From Alloascoidea hylecoeti (taxonomy: Eukaryota): a stretch of DNA of 64,000 nucleotides. Position 1 is the stretch's first letter. Each line of letters starts with the position of its first letter. The notes beneath the pieces are model-generated. The model saw nothing but the letters and a program-made list of their open reading frames with translations. It searched no databases and was not told the origin of the DNA. Where the stretch lies: NCBI GenBank assembly GCA_001600815.1, contig BCKZ01000006.1:372001-436000 (forward strand). Direction: 5' to 3'. A program made the position numbers and the translations under genes. Of the stretch, positions 12,359-24,107 are shown one piece after another.

Positions 12359-14008
12359 ATGAACAACGAAGAAAGAGACAGAGAGTTTTTGAACGCCTGT
12401 AGACGAGGAGATATAGAAGATGTTGATTTATTTGTAACTATGGGTGCGGATGTATGAATGATATATAACTCTTCACAGGTGCGAAAACTGACCTTATTGT
12501 AGGTGAATTTGATTGATGAGTGGGATTATTCGCCATTAATGCTCGCAAGTTTGTGTGGCCACGAAAATATTGTTCGATATCTTTTGAATAACGGGGCTGT
12601 TTGCGACAGAGATACTTTCCAAGGAGCAAGATGTATGTACGCATCATTGACTGATAAAATTAGGGGTATTCTGCTGGAATTTGATATATCAAAAGCCATA
12701 GACACTACTCGACCGTTTGCTGCTCATATTTCCTCATTGTTGACTAGAGATCCTCCCTCAACTAGTGATATATCCCTGCGGATTGTTAACTCCATATCTA
12801 TTAATGACTCTGACACAAAGATCTTAAATCTGCATAAATTCATTTTAAGTGCTCGATGTCGGAAATTTTGTCAAAAGTTTGAGAACGATCAGCAATGGAG
12901 AACACAAAAGACAATTGATTTCCCGTACGACTTTGACCACCGTTTGATAGAGTTTGTTATAGAATACCTTTATTTAAATCCAATTCCTACTTATTACCGG
13001 AATATCTCGATCTCTTCTCTGGAAACCCTTTTAGAGAAACTAGAATTACCTAGTCTTCAAACAATAAATGGTGGAATAATACCTAGCCAAATACAACTTG
13101 ATCCAATTGAACGAGTTCGTTATAAACGAATTTCACAAGAGAATCAATTAGAAGTTGCAAAAAATGAAATTGGTACTTTCCTCAATGAAAAGGTGTTTGG
13201 GCACAAACTAGTTATTCCAATATCCCAAACTCAAGCGAATGACACTAAAGAAGAAGAATATGATGATTATGGTTATGATGATGAAAACCCTCTCGAACCC
13301 CTGACAATATCAGAAAGAGAGTTTCTAGAGGAGGGGAATGGATTTCCAGATGTTATTGTATATATAAAACAGAAGGATTCTGTGGTATATTATCCTGTTC
13401 ATAGAGCCATGCTTATAAAATCCGAGTACTTTAATGCTATGCTTTCCTTCCAGGAAGCATCATCCTATGGTGATGAGAATGAGACAAATCAAAGGAAAAC
13501 TTTACCAGTAATAAGCCTTCAAGTCTCTACTACAGATGTAGGAGAGCTTCTATTGAACTATTTATACGTTGATAAAGTGGATATTCCGGGTCCGTTGGCT
13601 TTGGACGTTTTATATGCAGCTGATCTCTTACTAATTGATAGACTAAAGTCAGTAGCTGCTATTGCTATCACTACACTTGGGTATGAAAAAGTAGCGTCTT
13701 TATACGAAATATTACGTGCTGGTTGGCATACCAGAGTTAATCGATTAGAAAATTATGTGGCAGAACAATTTGCCAACAATTTAAAATTTTTTATTTATGA
13801 TGAGGAATTTTCAGCCATAATTTTGGAAAGTGCAAATAGAATTGCAGTTAGAGAAGAAACAGATACCATTGAATTGATTGATGATATACGTTTCTTTCTA
13901 GAGAAAAAATATGGACCGTATGAAGAGTTACAGTTGATCCATAAATTATTGAAGAAATTGGGACTAAAATCATATACATTGGAGAAAAGGAACGATTCTG
14001 AGACCTAA
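12359..14008 (+). CDS. Ankyrin repeat plus double BTB/POZ Cul3 adaptor (ABTB1/YIL001W-like), 2 exons, 532 aa
   Basis: Exon 1 12359-12451 (MNNEERDREFLNACRRGDIEDVDLFVTMGAD), a 51-nt intron GTATGA...ACTGAC...TAG (12452-12502), then exon 2 VNLIDEWDYSPLMLASLCGH; BTB motifs LHKFILSAR and VHRAMLIKSEYF. Confidence 0.88.
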
Positions 14009-14139
14009 CGGAAGACTCCATCAAGTAGTTAATATATAAGGTAGTAGAGAGTTCGAACTTGGAATTGAGGCTAATTTATGCGGAATAGTTTTATATAGTA
14101 TAGAATTCATATTTCTTATATATTTAGTATGCTTGCGTT

Positions 14140-14537
14140 TATGAAGAGCTTTTCCGAACCCTTTTTTTGAACCAGCACAACCAACCAGTACAACCAACCA
14201 CCAACAACATTAAGTGACAGTTTTAAAGATATATACGGATATTTTAATAAAAAATAGAATTTATTATGTTCTTATTTTTATTTTATCAGATTGCGTGGAG
14301 ACGGTGTGTTAAATGAAATATGGATTCCGTCCCACATAGACTATGCAGACAACACAACCGGTGCCCACACACAATCGAAGGCCTAAATCTTTGAAACCAT
14401 GATGAAGTTTACTCGACACCCCTTTTTGAAACTAACTCAACCAACCTTCAACAAAAATAAAAAAAATTCTGAAGATGTATGGATATAAATAAATGAAAAA
14501 CAGAAACAATTCAGTTTTTTTTCTATTTTATTCAGAG
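14140..14537 (+). repeat. Diverged direct repeat, two units of about 140 bp at about 260 bp spacing
   Basis: 14140-14290 and 14400-14537 share ordered blocks ATGAAG, CCCTTTTT(T)GAA, CAACCAACC..CAACAA, AAGAT..A(C/T)GGATAT and TTTT(C)TATTTTAT(T)CAGA. Confidence 0.55.
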
Positions 14538-14689
14538 CATTCCTATATATATACAGTAATTCTGAAAAATGTATATGCATAATGTCATATTTGGAAGTTA
14601 CCCGTCTAGCGCGAGATTGTCAGGTTCATTTTGGATTATAATCACGTGCATTTTACGAAACTGTACTAAATAATCGGCCACATGATAAA

Positions 14690-14865
14690 CTTAAGTTCGT
14701 CCATGCTGACTACTAATTATTTGCCTTCCATTAACTAAATTTTGGCCGAGCTTGTCCATATTCTTCCATATTAACGGGTCATACCAGAAATAAAGCTGTC
14801 GAAAGTTGGTTATGGGAATTGCCATTAATTAATGATCTACACGGCCTAAATTAAGTGGAATGACT
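14690..14865 (+). mobile_element. MITE family A, copy 1 (degraded, about 175 bp)
   Basis: Imperfect terminal inverted repeats CTTAAGTTCGTCCATGCTGACTACTAATTAT... and ...CACGGCCTAAATTAAGTGGAATGACT. Core TATTAACGGGTCATACC is identical to the 35.5 kb copy. Confidence 0.7.
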
Positions 14866-17806
14866 AATTATAGTATTCGAAGCACGGCAGAGTTACATTT
14901 GTAACATGCACTGCAAAATGCCCCACTACAACACCAAAATCACGCATAAGATAAACAAATGGTAAATGTAAATTTAGTTTTTCAAGTTAATTTTTGCATG
15001 TTTCTTTTTCAAACCCATATTTTGTAACTATTTGTATGGCCTGCGACATCTGGGGGCCAAAGTTAAGAACTAGGGTTACATGTGCATATGATTATGTCAC
15101 ATAGAGTTATAAACAAGCTGTTGACGTGCAGAAGACAATATGATCTACCTTGTCCAGACTCATGCATACATCTGCATGCAACAATATTTCCCCATGAGGT
15201 TATGGGAAGTTGGTTGGAAACCAAAATTTCGTGAGAAAAGTACTGGGACATTTTCAGTGATGGGCACCAAGTTGAAGAGAAATGAAAATGCGATTTTGCA
15301 AGGATTGAAACGTTTTAGACTATTTATATAGTTTTGTGCCGGATCTGAATTAAAATGCTTCCTTGATTATCGGTGAAATCATTAATAAAACTCTTGATTC
15401 AAAACTGTATCCAAAGTTTATGTCATGTGTCTTTTTCGCTACTAATTTTCCCTGAGACGCATGGGAGGTGGTTCTCATTTCAAGGTTTTTGTGCTCCTGG
15501 AGCTAACACTTAGAAGTTATTGTGAGCACTTAGCAGGTGTTTAGGATGATCCAATTCATATCTAAGGGTTGTAATGATTTTAGTTTCCTTTTCTAATTGG
15601 TTTTCTAGTGTCTGACATAAAGAGGTTTGGGTGACTTCGTTTTTGACGGAGTTGATAGTGGAGATATTTCGTCCTCAACTGCTTTCGTGGACTTGGGTGA
15701 AGAGTAATTTGTAAGATTTTGTTCGTTCTTTACCCATAGATACACTTGCATATTATATGGGTAGCTATAGCATTAGGTACATAATCATTGTTTAATCACC
15801 AAGTATGTAATCCACATAAGGTTGGATGTATGTAGCCAAAATGTTGGGCCCCTAGCAATTCCTTAAGCCAAATAACCTTTTATTGTCTTATGAACGGGGA
15901 TTCAAATTCATTAACTCAAATGAAACTACATTTATATCACGAATTAATTTATATTGGCTAGGACTCTTGTTTTTTTATATTAAACCCAACATTAACAGCT
16001 ATGTATAAATTATAGCTATGTATAAATTATAGCTATAACGCTAGCATCAATATGTGAGTAGTGCTTGGAATTGCAATTGTGGTGAATCGATCCGAAGTTC
16101 CGCTATAAGGTCTAGTTAAAAGTCAAATTTTAAGTCAAAGCTGAAAATGAAAGACAGGTTTGTTTTTTTGAAACATTTTTAATGATATAAATCATGAGTA
16201 AAACTTTATAATAAATTACATGGCTAGGTATTCCCGATCATAATCGAAAAACTAGCTAGTGTATACTCTTAATACAGTCGATCACGACATTAATATATTC
16301 ATGATTTTTCTTATAATTAATAAGCATATATATCTTTATTTTATCATAATACTTCTTCAGTTTGTAGCTCTATAATACCATTATAGCTACCTTGCAATTA
16401 TACATAGAGTTTTTTTGCACAGCTGCTAAGATAATTGATACCTATAAGGCTTATATTGATATAGCGTGATCATGATCATGAACCTATTGGAAGGCAAGTT
16501 GAAGCTCAGTCATATTTATAAGAAGATGAGAATAACCGCTAGCCCATAGCTTAAAAAAATAATAATACGTGCTTCACTCGTTGCTGTGTTTAGAGCGATA
16601 TACTTATAATTAGGTATAATTGTGCTATACCATATGGTAAAATATATATACATGATGATGGTCGATTTTAAACTTAAAAGTAAGCTTCGATCTTGATGAT
16701 AATTAACTTTTTTTCGCCATTATTAAGACATAGGCAGTGTGCAAAACAAGCAATAAATTTTTATTCTGTTATCTATGCCGTCTTCTGAAGTTCACGTAAC
16801 TTATAGCTATCTATAGTATTTTTTTTAAATTTTGTATGTATGGGTCGTATTAATTTGAAAACTTGAAAACTCTGTAACTTAATTCTATTCCTAATTATAA
16901 GCTACGAATAATTTGATTGCCATACAAGCCTGCCACATAACTAATGCAGTAGCTAATGTAAAGGGAAATTAGAATATACAGTACTCTTTTTCAGCTTACC
17001 GGGAGTAAATTTAGAAATAGTATGTGATCGTCAAGAGCCGTCTAGCTGCAGGCCTCTGGATGCTGGAACTACCTGCAAAGGGTAGAAGTGGTTGATCATG
17101 GAAGCTGGAATTTTCTGAAACCATACGAGGACTAATTATAAATCACAGAAAATTAAAAATAAAAATAAATCCATGCTTCAAAATTATTTTTATTCCTTCT
17201 TGCTCCTGCACAAAAAATGACTAAAACTCCCAAACCCAAAATCCAAATTTTAAAACCTTTAAAATTTTACCAAGCTATAAGATGAAATTGTCTAGGGGCT
17301 TTAAATTACTTACTCTTATATTACTAATAAATTATACACTTGAAATAAATGAAAATATATAAGTTTGTAAATTAAAAGGGAATGAGGATGCAAATTAACA
17401 GCTACAAATAGTATGACATGAATAAAACCAAAGAATAATGGGACTTGTTTGATGGATTCTAAATACAAAGGATGAATATAACAAAGTTTATGTTATAACG
17501 TTTATAAACTTTTAAACTTTGTTTACAGTTGGAAGACAAATTTTGATTAATGAACAAAAGTAGTAATAATATATTAATGATTTAATAAATCATTAATGAA
17601 ATGAAATGAAAAATAGTAGTAATAATAATAAAATCAATGCTTATAACAATTGAAGCAACAAAGAAAATCATATATTCCAAACCAAATATAAATGAATAGC
17701 GATGAACTGAGGCAAGATACAAAAAGCAAAAATAACGAAAATAGAGATTTGGTATATTGATGATAGTTCATATAGATCATATACCTATGCGATATGAGAA
17801 ATTAAT

Positions 17807-19162
17807 TTAATAAACAGTACCAATAGCTTGGCCTTGTGTGTAATCAACTTGGTTAGCTATGAATGAATCATACGAACAGGAGTCACATGAACATGAGTAT
17901 GAATGACCATTTAAGCGTATTGGAACTTGTTGCAGTGGCAGTGGTAATGGCAATGGGAGTTGATAAATTGGAGCATAATTGAATTGGTTCAACTTCCCCA
18001 TTAGATCATTAGAATAGCTTTGTTGAATGCATGGGACGAATTTGTCACCAGTTATATTTAAAGTTGGTAGGACAATGGGCTGAGCCGGGAAAAGAGGAGC
18101 TTGAACAGGAGTTGGGCGGATAGGGCTTGACATCAGTTGCTGTTGCTTTTGTTGTACCTGTTCTAACTGAGACTTCAACTGGGGCATTGTTGGAAGATGA
18201 ACCGGTCGTTGTTGAATTTGTTGAGGCTCTTCAGACCATTTGCAATTTACATTAAAAGGGTTCCCAGACAAAGTATTGAAAGGTTCTGGAGGAGGTGTAG
18301 GATAATGATTTACCAAATTATTAATATTAGGAGGAAGAGAAACAACTTCGAACCGCGGTGTTATTGGTTCTGAAGAGGTCGGAGAGTCATAATCTTTTCT
18401 GATCCAATTCTCCCAGGAATCTCGCCACTGATACCATAAATTTAAGTCAGCATCATTTAAGTGCACACTCCAATGAATCATTGTCAACCAAGATGATTCC
18501 ATCCTCGTTATTTCAGAGATTGGAATTTGTGTGGCATCAGACCATGCTCTATTTGTGAAAGTATTATCATCATTGAATTTATTAGCTAATACCAATGAAA
18601 TGACAATCATTTTGAATATATTAGACTCAGATATATACAGTTGACAGTTTTCAATTTTCTTTCTCTGGGAAAGATAGACTAAGGATAAAAGTAAAGTTGA
18701 TTTGGGTAGTCTTGTAGCGGTTAAGACTTTACATAACGATCTTTCGAATTTTGGGCCTATAATTTCAGATGGTTGAAGAATCGAATAACCCATAGCTGAA
18801 ATGAAATCAGCCATTTCCTTGAGGTTATAATCTAATGAGTTTTGATTGCCCTGTGACTGCTGTTCCAACGGGTCGTTATTAATATTAGTATCGGCAAAAC
18901 ACTCCTGCTGTGTGCCACCAAGGTGAGGAACCTGATCATGAGCAGGTATAGGAATAGCAGCGGGGATAATTGAAGCATAGGCGATATTAATCATTGGCGG
19001 TAACGTCTGTGAACTTGGCTGGTTTCGCTGTTGTGTGTTACAGGTGTATGCATTAATGTCCACACGGGCTTCGGCTGGATATTCGTAGGAGGATAACATA
19101 TTCCGAGGTTGATAGTCTATATCGAAGCGAGGGACGGTGTTGTATTGTAGAGTCGTAGACAT
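17807..19162 (-). CDS. CLG1: Clg1-like Pho85 cyclin, 451 aa
   Basis: Cyclin box VLTATRLPKSTLLLSLVYLS...SLVLANKFNDDNTFTNRAWSDAT..I.EI..ME..WL; first ATG at 19162. Confidence 0.88.
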   Translation of the reverse strand: MSTTLQYNTVPRFDIDYQPRNMLSSYEYPAEARVDINAYTCNTQQRNQPSSQTLPPMINIAYASIIPAAIPIPAHDQVPHLGGTQQECFADTNINNDPLEQQSQGNQNSLDYNLKEMADFISAMGYSILQPSEIIGPKFERSLCKVLTATRLPKSTLLLSLVYLSQRKKIENCQLYISESNIFKMIVISLVLANKFNDDNTFTNRAWSDATQIPISEITRMESSWLTMIHWSVHLNDADLNLWYQWRDSWENWIRKDYDSPTSSEPITPRFEVVSLPPNINNLVNHYPTPPPEPFNTLSGNPFNVNCKWSEEPQQIQQRPVHLPTMPQLKSQLEQVQQKQQQLMSSPIRPTPVQAPLFPAQPIVLPTLNITGDKFVPCIQQSYSNDLMGKLNQFNYAPIYQLPLPLPLPLQQVPIRLNGHSYSCSCDSCSYDSFIANQVDYTQGQAIGTVY

Positions 19163-22100
19163 ATTTAATTTTAGAGAGAATAGCAAAGTCCTAGATGTAG
19201 GCAGAATTTGATATATATAACATATTTAGAGGTGTATGATACATAAATTTCTAACTTACTTTGCTTGCGTCGCTGAGACTCTAAAAGGTAATAAGAAAGG
19301 AAATAAAACTCAAAGAAAAATAATTGGAATTAAATTTAATTAAAATGTATTAAAATGCGATAAATTAAAAGTAGATTTCTGTGGGCACACTAACATAACA
19401 TATCGAGAAACCACACTGCATCACGTCTAGCAACTAAAGAACCAAATTCTAAACCTAATCTTTACTTTCTTCCTCCTCTACTGCATATGCACGGTTGCAG
19501 ACCCCGGCCTTTATTTGTCCACTCCTTGCATGCTTTCCGCCTCTGCTACTTCTACATGTACACTAGCCATGCTTTCTCGAGTGGTCGAGTAGTCACAAAG
19601 CGCCACCCGGCAGTTTTAAACTCTTGAATTTTGTTTCTGATTTATTTGCAAAACCGAAAAATACAGAGTTTATACCTGGAATGATGTGCCAACCATATAG
19701 AGCTAGTTATAACTACTTTTTGATTAATTTTAAGCTTATAAATCATGGAAAATTCCAAATTAATAATATTGTTCCTGCTCCGCGATCATGAGGATGCCCC
19801 ATATCGGTCCTGCTCTTAATTCTTAATCCTAATAAATTAGCATTTTTACTATATATTATTAATTAAGACTGATTGATTATGACAATGGGAATTTCAAACC
19901 TCAAAATATAATTATAATTACGTGTCGCAGCGCTAACTAGCCAAATTGCTGTAAGATAAACGGCCGTTTGCAATCTACTCCGAATGGATCATGAGGCATG
20001 GTTCTTGCACATTAAAAACTATATGTGAAATTAACCCCTTTATGCATATCTGTTTAAATTTATTGCTTCTGACTTCCTTTGGATAGAATCATAAAGAAAT
20101 CAAAAAATAATAGTTCACACAAAACCTGCATAATGCTAAGATGTCTCTTCCCTAGATTTTCACGTGCACATATATATCCACATATATAAAAAAAAATTAG
20201 ATTCAAGACTTAATTTTAAAAATATCGAATAGTTTCTCATTCTGAATATTGCCTTAAGCTTGTCTTTCATGTTAACGTTAGCCGAAGATACCAGCACCAC
20301 ATGTTGCACACTCTTGCACAAGATCAACAAGCTTTGATATTTATAATGTTTCAACCACTGAATAATTTTCTACCATAATTCTCATGTAAGTGTAGCTTCA
20401 GATCATCAAAACCAGCTAATATGCATTATTTAGCTATATATATCACATTAATTATATATTACTTGTGGAAAGCAATCCGATTTCATTCATTCATTCGGTG
20501 CATATTCTCATTTTTTGCTTATTCTTGAAATTGAACCTGGCGTTAGGATATATGGAAGAAAATTCAGAAATTTTAAAATCAACATTGCAACTAAGAATAT
20601 TCAAGAGAAATTTAAAACCTAATTATATGAAGCCCAATTGCCATTTTCATTTCTTCAATTGATATTCCATGCTATATCACGATAATGGCTTATCGAAGTA
20701 ATAATATGTTTAGAATAATTATAATAATAATTACATAAACATCTAATTTCGATTCTATCTAGGCCTATATAGTATTAAAATTTGTTTCGATCAATATCGT
20801 ATAAACTTTTACATATGTAAAAATCATACAAATGATATAATCAATATAATGTAAATTTAAAGATTATGTATAATAGATTTACATAAGCCTATATAGTCTA
20901 TAACTATAGCTTTCTAATATTAGTTACCCTTTTTTTTCCTTGGTTGGTGCTTGTTATTATATTTTCTTTATAAAAGTTTCTATTAAAGCCTGCAGCTGGG
21001 TATGGGCATTGGACTTCTAGAGGCTTCTCCAAATGTAGGCAACACAATTTACATCTAAAAATTTATAAACAAAAAATAAAAGCATACCAGGGTTATCAAG
21101 TAATTATTGAAAATTTGAAATTAAAAATGCCATAACCAGACTCGTGACCCTACTCTTAAACTAGCAAGTTAATTATAAGGTTCTTTGATAAGAACTCAAA
21201 AGGTGAGAATTCCACCTGTATGTGTGTGTAATTGCCTAGGAGGGCGGAAATCTGGAACTGTGTCGGGTTTATTTGTTAACGTTAAGGAGGTACAATGATG
21301 CCCCATAGACAGCCTAGACAGCTACGTATATCAATATTATATTATAGCTAGCCTATGGCCCTGAATGTAGTAGGTAGCAGGTACGTAGAGGGAAACAGAT
21401 TAATGAATCGATTAATTCAGCTTTACAATTTAGATTATTTTATTTCACTTTAAATTTGGTTTTCCCTAATTATCATACACTCTTATTTATTTATTTTTCA
21501 TTTCTATCATATCATTCTTTCAGTCAGTTATGTGTTTACAATTGGAATATTTGACTCCAATTCAAAGTTATTGCAATTGTGTACCATACACACAGTCACT
21601 GCATAATTAAATAGGTGTTTCAGTGACATTAAGTTGTATCTATAAGCTTAAGGTAAGATATATATTATAGCTATGGTAATTTAAATTTAAAAATTATTAT
21701 ATAGTTGGAAACTTTTCAGCTATCGCAATTTCACACAAATGGTTTAATCTGAAAATGAGAATCATATAGTAAATTAATTGAAAGTTGATCTTTTTTGATA
21801 TTTTAATATGCATATCAAAACTGCACTTTTAAACTTTTACTTTTAACACCATTAACACCCAAAATGAGTAATATATGTTTCTTTACAAAAAGGCCCAGGT
21901 CTAGCTAGGCAATGCTATTCCCTCGCGGGCTAGCATCTGCGCATTTTAACATTTTTATAGCTAAATTCGTAGTTCCATTTCTCCCTACATTGGGTAAAAA
22001 AGATTGATAAACATTAAGTGAAATTTGAAAGATTCGCAATTATAGTTTTGCCATATTAGATACATCTATGACATAAATATACCTATATAGCTATAGGATA

Positions 22101-23851
22101 GGCATTCAAATAATTCGTGTGTTCAAATCTAAAATTCTAGGCGTATATTCATATAATTAGACAAATTATAAGTATCAAATCGATTGCAATATTGGGAAAT
22201 AAAGATTATTATACAACTTAGCACATATATAATTATTGCGATCATTATTTTGCTACTGATTGATTGTGTAAATTTGTAATTGTGTGAGACTGTGAGTCTA
22301 AATTTTTTTAAGCTAATTATAACTTAATTACCATTCTTCAAATCGATTATTATTATAATTATAGGCTAGGAGTTACATACATAGTTAAGCCGAGTCATGA
22401 TTTATAATATTTATTATATAACCCGCAATTAATGTTGTAATCAAGTAATATTAGTATATACGACGTGTTTTTCTTCATATTCTTTGTTTCTTCTTCTTAA
22501 TTTTCCTTGACTCACATAAACTTTCTTTTACCTTGCAATTTATGAAAACCTTGCTGCAAAATTTATACCATCTGGGAACGGAACTACGTAGCTGCTGAAC
22601 CAGTAATATAGGATCTGTAATAAAATTAAATCCAAAGCTTAAGAACCAAATATTAATTAAATGATCAGGTTTAGATGACTAGTAGCATATATACTACCGA
22701 AACCCAGCAGATCCTAATGCGATTCATTTTTAATCTGGCAGTTTTCTATTTATTATAGCCAATATTAGCCATACTATGATATATATACATGGATATATTG
22801 CAATTGTAGTTCGGTGTGTTGTATATAGCAAAAGATGTGGTGGCAGCTAATGTTAAAAGAGTGCACGTGTGGAGATCATATTATACAACAATATCAACCA
22901 ACACAAGGCATGGAATGGTTATTGATCAGTCAATAATAAATAGATATCAAAACTTTTCCACCTAGGCCTATATTTGATATGGATAGCTTAGGATCTTTAG
23001 AGGTCAAGAGTTTACTATAAAATTTCATTCTGAATGGGATCTGTCTCCATGAAAATGAATACGAACTTTATGATTGAGTTGGCGAATAAATGAGACTAGT
23101 GTAAAAATAAATTATCGATTGTTGTTTCAATTTAGACATGTAGTTAATTTTACTAAAGCTTAAGTTCTTGCTATTGGACATCACGAATTGTACCAAAAGA
23201 AACTAGCTTCGACACAACGTTAACTAGTACTCTTGTAGTTGATCTAAGATCTTCAAAGAATGGGAAAGTTACAATATCTAATTACATACATGTATGTCTT
23301 TATTTTAAGACAATAATCACTTGAAAATTATTAAAAAATATGTCACATTTCAGGCCCATTGGTCAATCAATTGCAATATATAATATACAGGTCGATCGAT
23401 ATTTCCAGATCCTTCTTTTATAAAGAATAGATGGTTTACAATTGAGTATGATTTATCGCATACAACCCACCTAACCGAGTTGCGGTTGCAGAATTTGTGC
23501 ATTATAATTGCAGCTGTACCTTTAAAATCTTTTCTAAATACTGGAGCCTAGCAACGAAACACAATTACAATAAAGCTAATAAAGTACCCAAACTGCCTTC
23601 CTGTTCCACTTTAGTGCTTCCAATTTGACTGCTTCGCCCACCACCTAAATGGATAGATATGTAATTATGCCGATCAGGCTATCATTATCTAAGGGGAGTT
23701 TGTTATAAAACATAAACCTATATATTAATTAAGTTAAGGATGAACGAAGCATATAATCAATAAATATGGAACATCCGGATCCGCATTATCGTCTAGGCTT
23801 AACCAGCAATATATGGTATATAATGGATCTAGAAGAAATCAATAATATCTA

Positions 23852-24107
23852 CAGACCCCCTCCACTTTGTCAAGGGACCCTGCTAATTCATGCGCTAGCG
23901 TTTGGCCATTCTTTTGGATACTTATTAGACTATATACACCAGATATTCGGCTAACTTAAAACGCGGCCAGGAGAAATGGTAAGTAACTGTTATAAATTTT
24001 GGTGAATATCTAGTCATTATATAGATATAGGTAATATTGTTATGTCAAATAAATCGCCGAATTACGTAATCCAAAATGGCAGGGTCTCTTGACAAAGTGG
24101 AGGTCCG
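23852..24107. mobile_element. MITE family B, about 256 bp, about 33-bp TIR, TA-flanked (Tc1/mariner-type non-autonomous element)
   Basis: Left TA|CAGACCCCCTCCACTTTGTCAAGGGACCCTGC; right GCAGGGTCTCTTGACAAAGTGGAGGTCCG|TA; no coding capacity inside. Confidence 0.75.

Noticed and set aside
14642..14760. ATCACGTG as CDEI of a point centromere
   Set aside because: No very AT-rich CDEII and no CDEIII CCGAA motif follows; the region is a MITE edge.
15450..15730. Coding-like Ser/Pro/Lys stretch on the minus strand
   Set aside because: About 40 codons with no start, splice sites or recognisable motif.
15997..16036. 17-bp tandem duplication (also an 11-bp duplication at 6891-6912)
   Set aside because: Simple slippage duplications with no spacer structure; not CRISPR-like.
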